From an uncultured delta proteobacterium (GTDB lineage: Bacteria > Desulfobacterota > Desulfobacteria > Desulfobacterales > Desulfosalsimonadaceae), in NCBI GenBank assembly GCA_963826785.1, contig CAWGYD010000003.1, positions 128,001 through 192,000 on the forward strand: a DNA stretch of 64,000 nucleotides, written 5' to 3'. Below are positions 52,041 through 61,791 of this stretch, in pieces. The notes below the pieces were generated by a model that saw only the letters and a list, made by a program, of their open reading frames with translations, had not been told where the DNA came from and did no database searches. Made by a program: the position numbers and the translations under genes. Each line of letters opens with the position of its first letter. The first letter of the stretch is position 1.

Positions 52041-52985
52041 TTATTTCTGTTGCTTCACATGCCGGACAAAATCGGCGAAGGCCGCTCTTGTATCGTATTT
52101 GAACGAATACCGCGTCTCCTTCTTGAGCTTTTCCGAACTGGCAATCCACGGATGGACCATCATGCGCATGGCCGGAGAGGGGAATTTGCTCATAAATGTC
52201 AGCCGCAGGTACCAGGCCAGGTTGTTTAAAGGATAGATAATCGGCCATGGGACGGGTAGCGGAATATTGCCCAGCATCCGGATCATTTCCGGAAACGTCA
52301 GGGTGCCGTCCCCGGTGATGTTGAACCGTCCGGCAATCCGTTTTTCCAGCAGCATCGCCATGACATCGATCACATCATCTTCGTGAACGAACTGCCAGGG
52401 GCGATGGTTTGCCGGAATCATCACCAGTTTCTTTTGCAGGTGCTGTGCCATGGGATTGGTAAACCCCGGCCCCACCACAAAGCAGGGCCGGACGATGGAC
52501 ACGGCGATTTCCGGGTGCTCCGCCATGAACTGATCGAATATCGCCTCGATTTCCTTCTTGTTCTTGGCATAGGTAAAGTCGTCGTTTCCCCTCAGCGGGC
52601 TTTTTTCCGTCAGCGGCTGATCATTGTCCGCATGAAATCCATAGGCGGTGGTGGAACTGGTGTAAAGGATCTGTCTGACCTTGGCCCGGGCCGCGGATTT
52701 CAACACGTTGCGGGTGCCGCCCTTGTTGATGTCTTCCATCATGGACTTGTCATGAATGGGGGGAAGCACGTAGGCGGCATGAACAATGGTGTCGATCTTC
52801 TGGTCTGCGATCAGGTCATCCATGGAATGGCGGATATCGCGCCGGTCAAACACATATTTTGCGAATTTTTTTTCAGGCTCATGGATGTCGATGCCCACCA
52901 CCAGATCCACCCAATTCAGGGCGCAGAGTTTTTCGACGAGACGGCCGCCAATATATCCGGCTGCGCCGGTCACCAGTATTTTCAT
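52041..52985 (-). CDS. NAD-dependent epimerase/dehydratase (extended SDR)
   Basis: MKILVTGAAGYIG, SSTTAYG, YAKNK, FVHEDD. Confidence 0.9.
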   Translation of the reverse strand: MKILVTGAAGYIGGRLVEKLCALNWVDLVVGIDIHEPEKKFAKYVFDRRDIRHSMDDLIADQKIDTIVHAAYVLPPIHDKSMMEDINKGGTRNVLKSAARAKVRQILYTSSTTAYGFHADNDQPLTEKSPLRGNDDFTYAKNKKEIEAIFDQFMAEHPEIAVSIVRPCFVVGPGFTNPMAQHLQKKLVMIPANHRPWQFVHEDDVIDVMAMLLEKRIAGRFNITGDGTLTFPEMIRMLGNIPLPVPWPIIYPLNNLAWYLRLTFMSKFPSPAMRMMVHPWIASSEKLKKETRYSFKYDTRAAFADFVRHVKQQK

Positions 52986-53797
52986 TGCGTTTTCCTTGAC
53001 TGTGAATTCGATAAACCGGAATTCCGGGCGGCCGGGGACATGGTGAGCAGTTTGACCAAAAAACGTCGGGCGAAAGGCAACAGCCAGAAAAAGAAATTTA
53101 AAATCGCCGTCGTGTTGATATTCCAATGCAATTTCTGCCGATGCGCCGCTTTCCAAACCGCTTTGGCCACCTTTTTCGGTCCCAGGTAAATCCCCATTTT
53201 TTTGATGCTGTAAACTTCTTTGGGCGAATCGAGCAGGGGTGTCTTCACATAGGGGGGCCGAATGTCGCAGACAAACACGCCCTTGGGTTCGAGTTCAATA
53301 TTCAGCGCTTCGGTCATGGCCGACAGCGCGTGCTTGGTGGCCGAGTAGACGGAAAGATCCGGCACCCCGTAGATGGAGGAGGCCGAAGACATGTTGATGA
53401 TGCGCGCTTTTTGGGTCTGCTTCAGGTAGGGCAGGCAATGGTAGATCAACGTCAGGCAACCCTTGAAGTTGACGTCTACGATCTTGTGGTGGACTTTTAA
53501 GTCCACTGTTTCAAACAGGCCGAAGGAAAGGATGCCCGCATTGTTCAGCAGCACATCCAGTCGGCCGCCGGTCCGTTCGGCAAATGCATCCACCATGGAT
53601 TTTACGCTTTCAGGATCAGTGACATCCATGACTCCTGCAAAACAGGCATTGGGGCCGATTTGCGCCTCCAGGCTTTTCAAACCCGTTTCATTGACATCGA
53701 ACAGGCCAACAAACCAGCCTTTTTTGGCAAAAAGCAATGCCGTCTCCCTGCCGATGCCCGATGCCGCCCCGGTGATCAGAATGGTTTCTTTGGTCAT
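52982..53797 (-). CDS. short-chain dehydrogenase/reductase
   Basis: ITGAASGIG, NNAG, YSATK; ATGA overlaps on both sides. Confidence 0.92.
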   Translation of the reverse strand: MTKETILITGAASGIGRETALLFAKKGWFVGLFDVNETGLKSLEAQIGPNACFAGVMDVTDPESVKSMVDAFAERTGGRLDVLLNNAGILSFGLFETVDLKVHHKIVDVNFKGCLTLIYHCLPYLKQTQKARIINMSSASSIYGVPDLSVYSATKHALSAMTEALNIELEPKGVFVCDIRPPYVKTPLLDSPKEVYSIKKMGIYLGPKKVAKAVWKAAHRQKLHWNINTTAILNFFFWLLPFARRFLVKLLTMSPAARNSGLSNSQSRKTQ

Positions 53798-54058
53798 GAG
53801 GATATCCCTGCTTTTCTTAAAGCGATGAAAAATTCGACAAAGAAAAGGGCAAATATCAGGTCGATGATGCCCGGCCCCATCATGATGAGGGGCACTTCGC
53901 CGGCGGTCCATGCCCACAGGAGACCCGCAAACACGATGAGTTTGCCGATGATCCCCATCCGGACGATATCATGGTTTTTGTAAATGTCTTTGGAAACCAG
54001 GAAGTAGCCGATACCGAAGACGAATGCCAGCCCCAGGAGTGATCAGGTTGATCTGCAT
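53794..54058 (-). pseudogene. small membrane protein, start out of frame with the body (deletion or frameshift)
   Basis: GAGGAG RBS and ATG at 54058; body LLGLAFVFGIGYFLVSKD...GIIGKLIVF...IIDLIFALFFVEF..* ends overlapping the SDR start; span is 265 nt. Confidence 0.65.
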
Positions 54059-54078
54059 GTTCTCCTCATACACAGCGG

Positions 54079-54825
54079 CTAAATCAGTTTTGCCTCTTCC
54101 TTCAACGCCTTCACCAGCGCGGGGATGTCTTCCACGATCTTTCCGCCCTGGCGCTGGGGGGGCTCCGCCATGTTGACCACGGCCACTTTGGGGGCGGTGT
54201 CCACCCCGAGGTCTGCGGGGGTAAGCTTTTTGATCTCTTTTTTCTTGGCCTTCATGATGGCCGGCAGGGCCGGATACCGGGGCTCGTTCAACCGCAGGTC
54301 GGCACTGATCACTCCGGGAAGATCCATCTCCACCACTTCGATCCCGCCGTCCACTTCCCGCTCCACCCGGGCCTTGTCGCCCACGATTTCGACTTTGGAG
54401 GCAAAGCAGGCCTGCCCCCAGCCCAGGTACGCGGAAAGCAGCTGGGACGCCTGGTTGTCGTCCACGTCGATGGCCTGCTTGCCCATCAGAACCAGATCGG
54501 GCGACTCCAAACCAACGACCTTGACCAGGAGACGGGCCACCGCGTCCGAATCGATATCGCTGCCGGCCGCCACGTGGATCCCCCGGTCCGCCCCCATGGA
54601 CAGGCCGTATCGGATTTCGGTAACCGCCTTGTCGTCCCCGATGCCGATGACGACCACCTCGCCTCCCTGATCCTCCTTGATGCGCAGGGCCTCTTCGATG
54701 GCGATTTCATCAAAGGGGTTCACCTTGAAACTCACTGAGGACATCTCGATGCCCGTGCCGTCGGGCTTGACCTTGATCTTCATATCCGGGTCCGTGACCC
54801 GTTTTGCTGTGACCAGAATTTTCAT
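54079..54825 (-). CDS. etfB: electron transfer flavoprotein beta subunit
   Basis: NPFDEIAIEEA, GADRG, GKQAID, REVDGG, LNEPRY. Confidence 0.96.
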   Translation of the reverse strand: MKILVTAKRVTDPDMKIKVKPDGTGIEMSSVSFKVNPFDEIAIEEALRIKEDQGGEVVVIGIGDDKAVTEIRYGLSMGADRGIHVAAGSDIDSDAVARLLVKVVGLESPDLVLMGKQAIDVDDNQASQLLSAYLGWGQACFASKVEIVGDKARVEREVDGGIEVVEMDLPGVISADLRLNEPRYPALPAIMKAKKKEIKKLTPADLGVDTAPKVAVVNMAEPPQRQGGKIVEDIPALVKALKEEAKLI

Positions 54826-54849
54826 GAACGGCTCCTCTAATTTTTCTGA

Positions 54850-54912
54850 ATGCCCGCCTTCGCGGGCATGACCTCATTGAGCGGAATACGCGACTTTTCG
54901 ATGGCGCCCATC
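54850..54912. repeat. partial copy of the REP/MITE element
   Basis: atgcccgccttcgcgggcatgac followed by a degenerate gactttt...catc end. Confidence 0.5.
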
Positions 54913-54928
54913 ATTCCATTTAAATACG

Positions 54929-56971
54929 CTATGATTCTTCCACCGCTTCCAATACCATCTGGGACAAATCCCGAACGCAGATTTCTGCTTCCAGGCCTTT
55001 TTCCCTGATGGCGTCATCGAGCATGATCAGGCAGTATGGACAGGCGGTGGCCACGGTTTTGGCGCCGGTTTTCATCAACTGGTCCAATCTTTCGGCGTTG
55101 ATCCTTTTGCCGGTCTTTTCCTCCATCCACATCCGGCCGCCGCCGGCCCCGCAGCAAAAGCCCGTCCGCTCCTTCCGCTCGGCCTCCACCATCTCCACGC
55201 CGGGGATGAACCGGGCGAGGTCCCGGGGGACATCAAACAGGTTGTTGTAGCGGCCCAGATAGCAGGAGTCGTGGTAGACCACGGGGCCGGTCCCGGCAAA
55301 ACGCTTCGCGTTTTTGATCACGCCCCGGTGCGCCAGTTCCCGGATCAGCTCGGTGTGGTGCAGGACCTGGTAGTTCCGTCCAAACTGGGGGTATTCGTTT
55401 TTAAAGGTGTTGAAACAGTGGGGGCAGGCGGTGATGATCTTTTTCACCCCCAGGGTGTCGAACATTTCGATGTTGAAGTTGATCATGTGCTGGGCCAGAT
55501 ACTCGTTTCCCAGGCGGCGGGCGGTCTCACCGCAGCACATCTCGTCGTTTCCGAGGCAGGCGAAACTGATTCCCGCCTTCTGGAGAATTTTGACAATGGC
55601 AATGGCGGCCTTGCGGTACCGGTCGTCGAAAGAACCTGCGCACCCCACGTAAAACAGGTACTCAAATTCCGGGTTCTCCTCCGGGGTTTGAACCCCCAGA
55701 TCCTTAAACCAGTCACCCCGGGTGTTGGAGGCCAGCCCCCAGGGATTGGAGAGGTTTTCAAACCCCTTGAATGCCTGGCGCAGCTCCCTGGGAAACTTGC
55801 TTTCCACCTGCACCAGGTGGCGCCTCATGTCGATGATGTTGTCCACGTGCTCGATGAGCAGGGGGCAGTTGGCGATGCAGTGTCCGCAGGTGGTGCACGA
55901 CCAGATGGTCTCCTCTGAAATAACGTCCCCGATCAGGCCCTCCCCTTCCCATTTTTCCAGGATTTCCTTGGCCGGCACCGGCCCCTGGCGGTAGAAGGCA
56001 AGGGCCGCCTTGGCCATGGTCGGGGTTTTCCGCTTCAGGTGCTCCCGCTCATCCATGATGACGCGCATGGGGGAAAGGGGTTTGCCGGTCAGGTGCGCCG
56101 GGCAGTTGGCCTGGCACCGGCCGCATTCGGCGCACGTATACATGTCCAGGCCGCGCTTCCAGGAGAAATCTTCCAGGCGTCCCACCCCGAAAAGCGCCTC
56201 CTCGCTTTCAAGATCCATCTGGGGCAGCGCGCCGCGCGGCTTGGTGGAATGCATGAAGATGGAGGGAATGGAGGTGAGTTCGTGAAACTGCTTGCAGTAG
56301 GGAAGATAATTGATAAACGAAAATGCCAGCAGCAGGTGACCCCAGAACCCCACCGCATGGAGGGTGGCAGTGGCAGGGTCGGCCGCGGTAAAGCCCATGC
56401 CCGAAAGCATGTGCCTGCCGAACACGCCCAGAAATGCCGTGGCCTGCTCCGGGTGGCCGGGATTAAGGATAAACAGCGTCGACTCATAGAGCCAGTCCAT
56501 GGCCATCATGCCAAATATCCACAACAGAATCACCAGGGCCTCGGCCGACAGGATCATGCGCGAGGGCCGGTTCAACACCCGGTTGTAAAAGGCCAGGCCG
56601 CACCCGGCCATTACCGACAGGGTGAACAGGTCCTTGATAAAGGCATAGGCGGGGCCCAGGCCTTCGGGGCCGAATCCGGGAAGATGCCAGTCAAGGATAA
56701 ATCCCCGGCCGATGATGTGGATCGTGTTGATGGTGACCACCAGGGCGCCCCAGAAGATCAGGACATGGGCCATGCCGTGAAACCGTTCGAAAGAGCGCAG
56801 AAACCGCAATTGCCCGAAGGCATATTTGAGCGTATCGAATATCCGGCGCCAGGGGTTGTCCCAGCGGATATCCGGCTGCATCACAAATAACGGCAGCAGC
56901 CGGCGGGAGATGGACCAGGCCAGCCCCGCAAAGGAGGCCAGCAGCAAGAGTGCCGTCATCAGGGGGTTCAT
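54929..56971 (-). CDS. membrane-bound Fe-S oxidoreductase (FadF/HdrD-like; ETF:menaquinone oxidoreductase type)
   Basis: N-terminal TM domain with His residues; CAECGRCQANCP and CTTCGHCIANCP; two CCG domains; flanked by etfA and etfB. Confidence 0.9.
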   Translation of the reverse strand: MNPLMTALLLLASFAGLAWSISRRLLPLFVMQPDIRWDNPWRRIFDTLKYAFGQLRFLRSFERFHGMAHVLIFWGALVVTINTIHIIGRGFILDWHLPGFGPEGLGPAYAFIKDLFTLSVMAGCGLAFYNRVLNRPSRMILSAEALVILLWIFGMMAMDWLYESTLFILNPGHPEQATAFLGVFGRHMLSGMGFTAADPATATLHAVGFWGHLLLAFSFINYLPYCKQFHELTSIPSIFMHSTKPRGALPQMDLESEEALFGVGRLEDFSWKRGLDMYTCAECGRCQANCPAHLTGKPLSPMRVIMDEREHLKRKTPTMAKAALAFYRQGPVPAKEILEKWEGEGLIGDVISEETIWSCTTCGHCIANCPLLIEHVDNIIDMRRHLVQVESKFPRELRQAFKGFENLSNPWGLASNTRGDWFKDLGVQTPEENPEFEYLFYVGCAGSFDDRYRKAAIAIVKILQKAGISFACLGNDEMCCGETARRLGNEYLAQHMINFNIEMFDTLGVKKIITACPHCFNTFKNEYPQFGRNYQVLHHTELIRELAHRGVIKNAKRFAGTGPVVYHDSCYLGRYNNLFDVPRDLARFIPGVEMVEAERKERTGFCCGAGGGRMWMEEKTGKRINAERLDQLMKTGAKTVATACPYCLIMLDDAIREKGLEAEICVRDLSQMVLEAVEES

Positions 56972-56972
56972 T

Positions 56973-57932
56973 TTAAGACTTCATCTCCTTGTCCAGTTCT
57001 TCGGTAAGCTGGGGGACCGCCTTGAACAGGTCGGCCACCACCCCGAAATCGGCGATCTGAAAGATGGGGGCCTCCTCGTCCTTGTTGATGGCCACGATCA
57101 CCTTGGAGTTCTTCATGCCCGCCTGGTGCTGGATGGAGCCGGAAAGCCCCACGGCCACGTAAAGCTCCGGGGCCACGATCTTGCCAGTCTGTCCGATCTG
57201 CAGGTCGTTTGGCATCCAGCCGGCGTCCACGGCCGCCCGGGTGGCGCCCACGGCCCCGCCGAACAGGTCGGCCAGCTTCTCCAGAATGGCGAAATTCTGG
57301 CTGCCGTTGACCCCCCGGCCGCCGGTAACCACCACCCTGGCCTCGGTGGGGTCTGGCCGCTCGCTCTGGGTCACCCGCATCTCGATAAAGCGGGTTTTTG
57401 TAGGGGGGACATCGATGGCAAGATTCTCCACGGCCGATTCGGAACCCTCCGGTTCGGCCGCGGCAAAGGCGGTGGGCTGCAGCGTGAACACCTTGACGGC
57501 GGTTTTGATATTGACGGTGGCCAGCACGTTTCCCGCCCACATCCCCCGGAAAAAATGCACACCGTCAAACCCGATGACATCGGAGGCCATGCCGGCCAAA
57601 AGCGCGACCGCCACCCGGGGCATCATGTCCTTGCCCGTGGTCCCCGAACTCATCCCCACCAGCACCGCGCCGCATGCTTTGGCGGCCTCGGCGGCCGCCC
57701 ACGACCAGGTTTCGGCCGTGTAGTTTTTTAAACCGGGATCGTCGCACACCAGGATTTTCGCGGCCCCATACGATTTGAGACTGCCGGCCACGCCGGATAC
57801 GTCGCTTCCGATAACCGCCAGGCACAGATCGGTTTTGAGCTTTGCGGCCGCGTCCCGGCCAAAGGATAAGGCGTTTAAGGTTGATTTTTTGACCTTGCCG
57901 TCCTGATGCTCCGCGATGATTAAGACAGACAT
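56973..57932 (-). CDS. etfA: electron transfer flavoprotein alpha subunit
   Basis: [46 protein letters not shown]. Confidence 0.96.
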   Translation of the reverse strand: MSVLIIAEHQDGKVKKSTLNALSFGRDAAAKLKTDLCLAVIGSDVSGVAGSLKSYGAAKILVCDDPGLKNYTAETWSWAAAEAAKACGAVLVGMSSGTTGKDMMPRVAVALLAGMASDVIGFDGVHFFRGMWAGNVLATVNIKTAVKVFTLQPTAFAAAEPEGSESAVENLAIDVPPTKTRFIEMRVTQSERPDPTEARVVVTGGRGVNGSQNFAILEKLADLFGGAVGATRAAVDAGWMPNDLQIGQTGKIVAPELYVAVGLSGSIQHQAGMKNSKVIVAINKDEEAPIFQIADFGVVADLFKAVPQLTEELDKEMKS

Positions 57933-57981
57933 CTCGTGGGTGTCTCCTCGAATATTGAATTTTTTGTGATTGAAAATCTGA

Positions 57982-58188
57982 GGAATGGGGAAACGGGGGA
58001 TTGGAATAATGGAATGTTGGAATGATGGATAAAAAAATAGTCCAAATCGGCCAGGTCGTCATTCGGCGGAGGCCGGAACCCAGTGAATAGCCGAACTGGC
58101 CCCCGGCCTTCGCCGGGGTGATAAAACTGCAGGGAATCCATCCCCATCATTCCACTATTCCACTATTCCATCATTCCATTTTCCCCCC
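57982..58188. repeat. composite palindrome: 8-mer TGGAATRN tandem arms enclosing a REP-like pair
   Basis: ggaataatggaatgttggaatgatgg...ccatcattccactattccactattcc; inner gtcattcggcggaggccggaacccag...ctggcccccggccttcgccggggtga. Confidence 0.7.
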
Positions 58189-58227
58189 TGTTCATTTGCC
58201 TGCGATATCCCTCCGATGAAGGCCCCC

Positions 58228-59466
58228 TTATACCTTCTCGAGGATGTGGATACACATGGCGGCTTCTTCCACGCCGATGTTGCCGCCGCCGTTTTCGGCA
58301 AGACCCAGCCGGGCCCCTTCCACCTGCCGCTTGCCCGCCTCGCCCCGCAGCTGGACCCCCAGTTCGTAGATCTGGGCCAGCCCGGAGGCCCCGATGGGAT
58401 GGCCGCGGCATTCCAGGCCGCCGGAAGTGTTCACCGGCTGTTTGCCGCCCAGTCTGGTGGCGCCGGATTCCGCAAATGGGCCGCCCTCGCCCATGGGGCA
58501 GAATCCCATGGCCTCCGTCTGGTGCAGTTCCCCATAGGAAGTGGCGTCGTGAAGTTCGGCCAGGCTGATGTCTTCCGGCCCCACACCGGCCTGGGCATAG
58601 GCCTGCTTCACCAGTCGTTCGCCGATATCTTCACCATCGAAATCCCGGTCGGTGCCCGACCCATGCACCGAGGCCCGGATTTTGACCGGGCGGGCATTTT
58701 TCAACTTCTTCAGGAAATTTTCCGAGCAGACGATGGCGGCCGCCGCGCCGTCTCCCACCGGGGCGCACATGGCCCGGGTCAGGGGATAGGCGATGGCTTT
58801 GTCGGCCAGCACATCGTCTATGCTCATGTCCATCTGGTACTGGGCCATGGGGTTGAGCGATCCATGAAAATGGTTCTTGGCGCAGATGGCGGCCAACTGG
58901 CGCTGGGTGGAGCCGAATTTGCTCATGTGCCATCTTGCGCCCATGGCATAGGCGTCCATGAAGATGGACCGGCCTGCCCCCGGCGGGGTCTGCCCCTCGG
59001 GGATCTCCACCTGGAACATGGAATTGGCCTTTTCCATCATCTCCAGTTGGGTGGCAAAATTGTCCACGTCCATGCAGGTGGCGTAGGCGGAAAGGGATTT
59101 CATCTTGTCCGGATCGGTGATCTTTTCCGAGCCGATGGCGATGGCCACCTCATACAGCCCCGCCCGGATTCCGGCATAGGCGAGATGCAAGGCAGTGGAT
59201 GCGCCCGCGCAGGCGTTTTCCACGTTGACCACCGGGATGGCCCCGATTCCCATGGACCGCAGCACCACCTGTCCCCGGATGGAATGCTGGTTGGAAAACA
59301 TGCCCCAGAAGGTGTTGGCGAAAAATGCGGCCTGGATATCCTTGTTTTCCAGTCCGGCGTCGGCCAGGGCCAGGCGCACCACCTCATGGGCCATGTCCCG
59401 GACCCCCCGGTCCGGGTACTTGTTGAAGCGGATCATGCCCAGCCCGGCAATGTATACGTTTGTCAT
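58228..59466 (-). CDS. thiolase family protein, SCP2/non-specific lipid-transfer type
   Basis: VENACAGAS, KNHFHG..NP.AQ, ELHDA, NTSGGL..RGHPIGASG, ENGGG. Confidence 0.9.
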   Translation of the reverse strand: MTNVYIAGLGMIRFNKYPDRGVRDMAHEVVRLALADAGLENKDIQAAFFANTFWGMFSNQHSIRGQVVLRSMGIGAIPVVNVENACAGASTALHLAYAGIRAGLYEVAIAIGSEKITDPDKMKSLSAYATCMDVDNFATQLEMMEKANSMFQVEIPEGQTPPGAGRSIFMDAYAMGARWHMSKFGSTQRQLAAICAKNHFHGSLNPMAQYQMDMSIDDVLADKAIAYPLTRAMCAPVGDGAAAAIVCSENFLKKLKNARPVKIRASVHGSGTDRDFDGEDIGERLVKQAYAQAGVGPEDISLAELHDATSYGELHQTEAMGFCPMGEGGPFAESGATRLGGKQPVNTSGGLECRGHPIGASGLAQIYELGVQLRGEAGKRQVEGARLGLAENGGGNIGVEEAAMCIHILEKV

Positions 59467-59532
59467 TGCTGAATCACTCCTTCCTGTAAAGCCGAATTTT
59501 CAAGTTGATCATTTAGACCGTCATGCCTCAAG

Positions 59533-59689
59533 GTTCAGAAAATGGCAGATGGATTTCGTTTCAGCCTCAGAGGGCCGCAGCGATTTTCAGAGGAAGCCGT
59601 TTTGAAGAGCATAGCCTGTGCTATGTTGAGGATTTCAAAATCGCAGACGCCGGCCTGGGACAAAAGATGCTGTTTCTGAATAGGCATTA
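59533..59689. repeat. intergenic palindromic (MITE-like) element
   Basis: ttcagaaa...tttctgaa termini; inner gcgatttt/aaaatcgc and gcatagc-ctgt-gctatg. Confidence 0.5.
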
Positions 59690-60934
59690 AAAATCCAGTC
59701 GCGGATAGGTGTGTATCATCTTGTGCCCGCCGGCGATGGCCAGGGTGTCGTTGGAGCCGTCCTCGATGAGCATGGCCCGGGCGTCGCGAAACAGCTTCTC
59801 GATGAGGTACTCCTTGGTCAGGCCGTTTCCGCCGAAGATCTGGATGGCGTCGTTGCACACGTCGAATGCCGACTGGCAGCCGTACACCTTGGCAATGTTG
59901 GAATATTCTTCGGCCGGGGTGGAGGTGTTCTGGTTGAGACAATAAGCGGCCCGGGCGATCAGCCGGGTGGTTTCCACCTTGGAAAACATGTGAAACAGTT
60001 TCTGCTGCACATTGGGAAAATCAATGAGCTTCTTGCCACCCTGAACCCGGTTTTTGGCATATTCCAGGGTCTCGTCCAGGGCGGCCCGGGCAATTCCCGT
60101 GGCAAAAATGCCCATCATGGCGGTGGTGGTGGACAAAACGATTTCGATCAACGCCTCATAGGCCTCCGCTCCGGCGATCAGGTAGTCCCTGGAAACCCGC
60201 ACGTTGTCGAAAAAGATTTCCCCCTGGTTTAAATCCCGCTGGCCCAGCTTGTTCAATGGCTTTCCCTTGGAAACGCCGGGCAGGTCCAGCGGCATGGCGA
60301 AAATGGCCCCGCCGGCATGCCCCATGGAAGGGTCGATCTGACAGAACAGGGCGCAGTGGGTGGAGATGGTCCCGCAGGACACCCAGGCGGATTTCTGGCC
60401 CGAAATCACGTATTCATCCCCGTCCAGCCGTGCCTTGCACTGGGCCTTGATGTTGGGGTCCGAAAAACTGGGGTAGAACGGCATCAGGGTGTCCGAGCCG
60501 TGGTCCGGCTCCGTGATGCCCCAGCACCCGATGATGGAAGCATCCCGGCAGGCGCAGAAGGGCTCGATGATCTTTTCGATCAGGGCTTCTTCGGCCACCA
60601 GGGCCGCGCCGAAGGCGGGAAAGGCCGCCACGCCCAGGGCCACGGTGAGCCCCACGCTTCCCCAGGCCAGCTCTTCATAGATGATGGCCTGCTGTTTGGA
60701 GGTCAGGTCCATCCCCCCGTAGCTTTCCGGGATCAGGATGGTGTGGTAGCCCAGTTCATAGGCCTTTTTCATGAAATCCCAGAAGGGCGAATCCTTGGCG
60801 ATCACCTGTTCGGGGGTCATTTCATCCAGCTGCTTGGCCACGGGGCGCATCACTTCCTTGGCAAACCGGTGCGCGCTCGCCTTGAGCGCGATATCGTCTT
60901 CGGTCAGGGTAAGGTCGAGATCCAGATAGTTCAT
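59687..60934 (-). CDS. acyl-CoA dehydrogenase
   Basis: ITEPDHGSD, GQKSAWVS, KLGQR, IQIFGGNG, RDARAMLIEDGSND. Confidence 0.94.
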   Translation of the reverse strand: MNYLDLDLTLTEDDIALKASAHRFAKEVMRPVAKQLDEMTPEQVIAKDSPFWDFMKKAYELGYHTILIPESYGGMDLTSKQQAIIYEELAWGSVGLTVALGVAAFPAFGAALVAEEALIEKIIEPFCACRDASIIGCWGITEPDHGSDTLMPFYPSFSDPNIKAQCKARLDGDEYVISGQKSAWVSCGTISTHCALFCQIDPSMGHAGGAIFAMPLDLPGVSKGKPLNKLGQRDLNQGEIFFDNVRVSRDYLIAGAEAYEALIEIVLSTTTAMMGIFATGIARAALDETLEYAKNRVQGGKKLIDFPNVQQKLFHMFSKVETTRLIARAAYCLNQNTSTPAEEYSNIAKVYGCQSAFDVCNDAIQIFGGNGLTKEYLIEKLFRDARAMLIEDGSNDTLAIAGGHKMIHTYPRLDF

Positions 60935-60952
60935 TAAGTTCACCTCATTTCT

Positions 60953-61789
60953 TTATTTTTTATCCTTGTAGCGCGCGGCGATCTTGTCGGCATGCTTGAC
61001 CACGATTTCCGGCACCTGCTCGAACAGGACCTGCTGCATCACCTCCATGACCTCCTCTGAATACCCGATCCCCATGAATTCCGGCGGCGCCCACCAGTCG
61101 TCCTTGGTCTTGTACATGGGGGTGCCGCCGCCGGGGAATGCGGCAAACATGCCGGGAACGCAGTTGACCATATCCTGTTTGTCCAGTTCATAGGACATGG
61201 ACTTGTGCATCTCCTCCCGGCTGTAATAGACCATATCCCGGGGCGGACCCAGGGCCAGGCCGAGCTTGACATCCATTTTGGGCATAAAGCCCAGGGCATT
61301 TAACGCAAAGCCCACCGATCCCATGATCCGGTTGTCCACCCGCTGCTGCCAGGCCGAGGCGCAGGCCCAGTCGCAGGCCATGGCCCAGTCCAGCACTTTC
61401 CAGTTGCACGACGGCCCGCCCAGCTGGCCGCCGCCCCGGTATTCCTTGCTGTAGGCATTGAATTCCTTGCAGGTGGAAAACCCGCAGGCCCCGCAGTTCC
61501 AGTTGAGGTTGGAGGTGGAAACCTTGCCGCCGATGGCGATGATGACCGGGGATTCGCCTTTATCATAGCAGTTCTTAATGGTTTCGTAATCCCATTTGAC
61601 ATAGCGCATCACGTTTCCCACCGGCCCCATCACCTCGATGATCGGCTCCAGGTCCTCTCCCCAGATGATTTCGGCCTCCACCTGGGTTTTGCCGGTGATC
61701 TGGGGGGCCTTGTGGATGGCCATGACGATGTTCTTGGCCACCTCCACCAGGTGGTCTAAACTGAATTGTTTTCCCGTCAGGTGTCCCAT
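60953..61789 (-). CDS. DUF2148-like ferredoxin-domain protein (paralog 2)
   Basis: KAP, NCGACGFSTC, GPSC, VDNRIMGSVG; GAGGAGG RBS. Confidence 0.75.
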   Translation of the reverse strand: MGHLTGKQFSLDHLVEVAKNIVMAIHKAPQITGKTQVEAEIIWGEDLEPIIEVMGPVGNVMRYVKWDYETIKNCYDKGESPVIIAIGGKVSTSNLNWNCGACGFSTCKEFNAYSKEYRGGGQLGGPSCNWKVLDWAMACDWACASAWQQRVDNRIMGSVGFALNALGFMPKMDVKLGLALGPPRDMVYYSREEMHKSMSYELDKQDMVNCVPGMFAAFPGGGTPMYKTKDDWWAPPEFMGIGYSEEVMEVMQQVLFEQVPEIVVKHADKIAARYKDKK

Positions 61790-61791
61790 GA

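Noticed and set aside
51880..52102. C-terminal extension of the OYE overlapping the convergent gene
   Set aside because: It runs through an intergenic hairpin; most likely a lost stop
57982..58188. Possible CRISPR array
   Set aside because: Units are 8 bp with no unique spacers, and no cas genes are present
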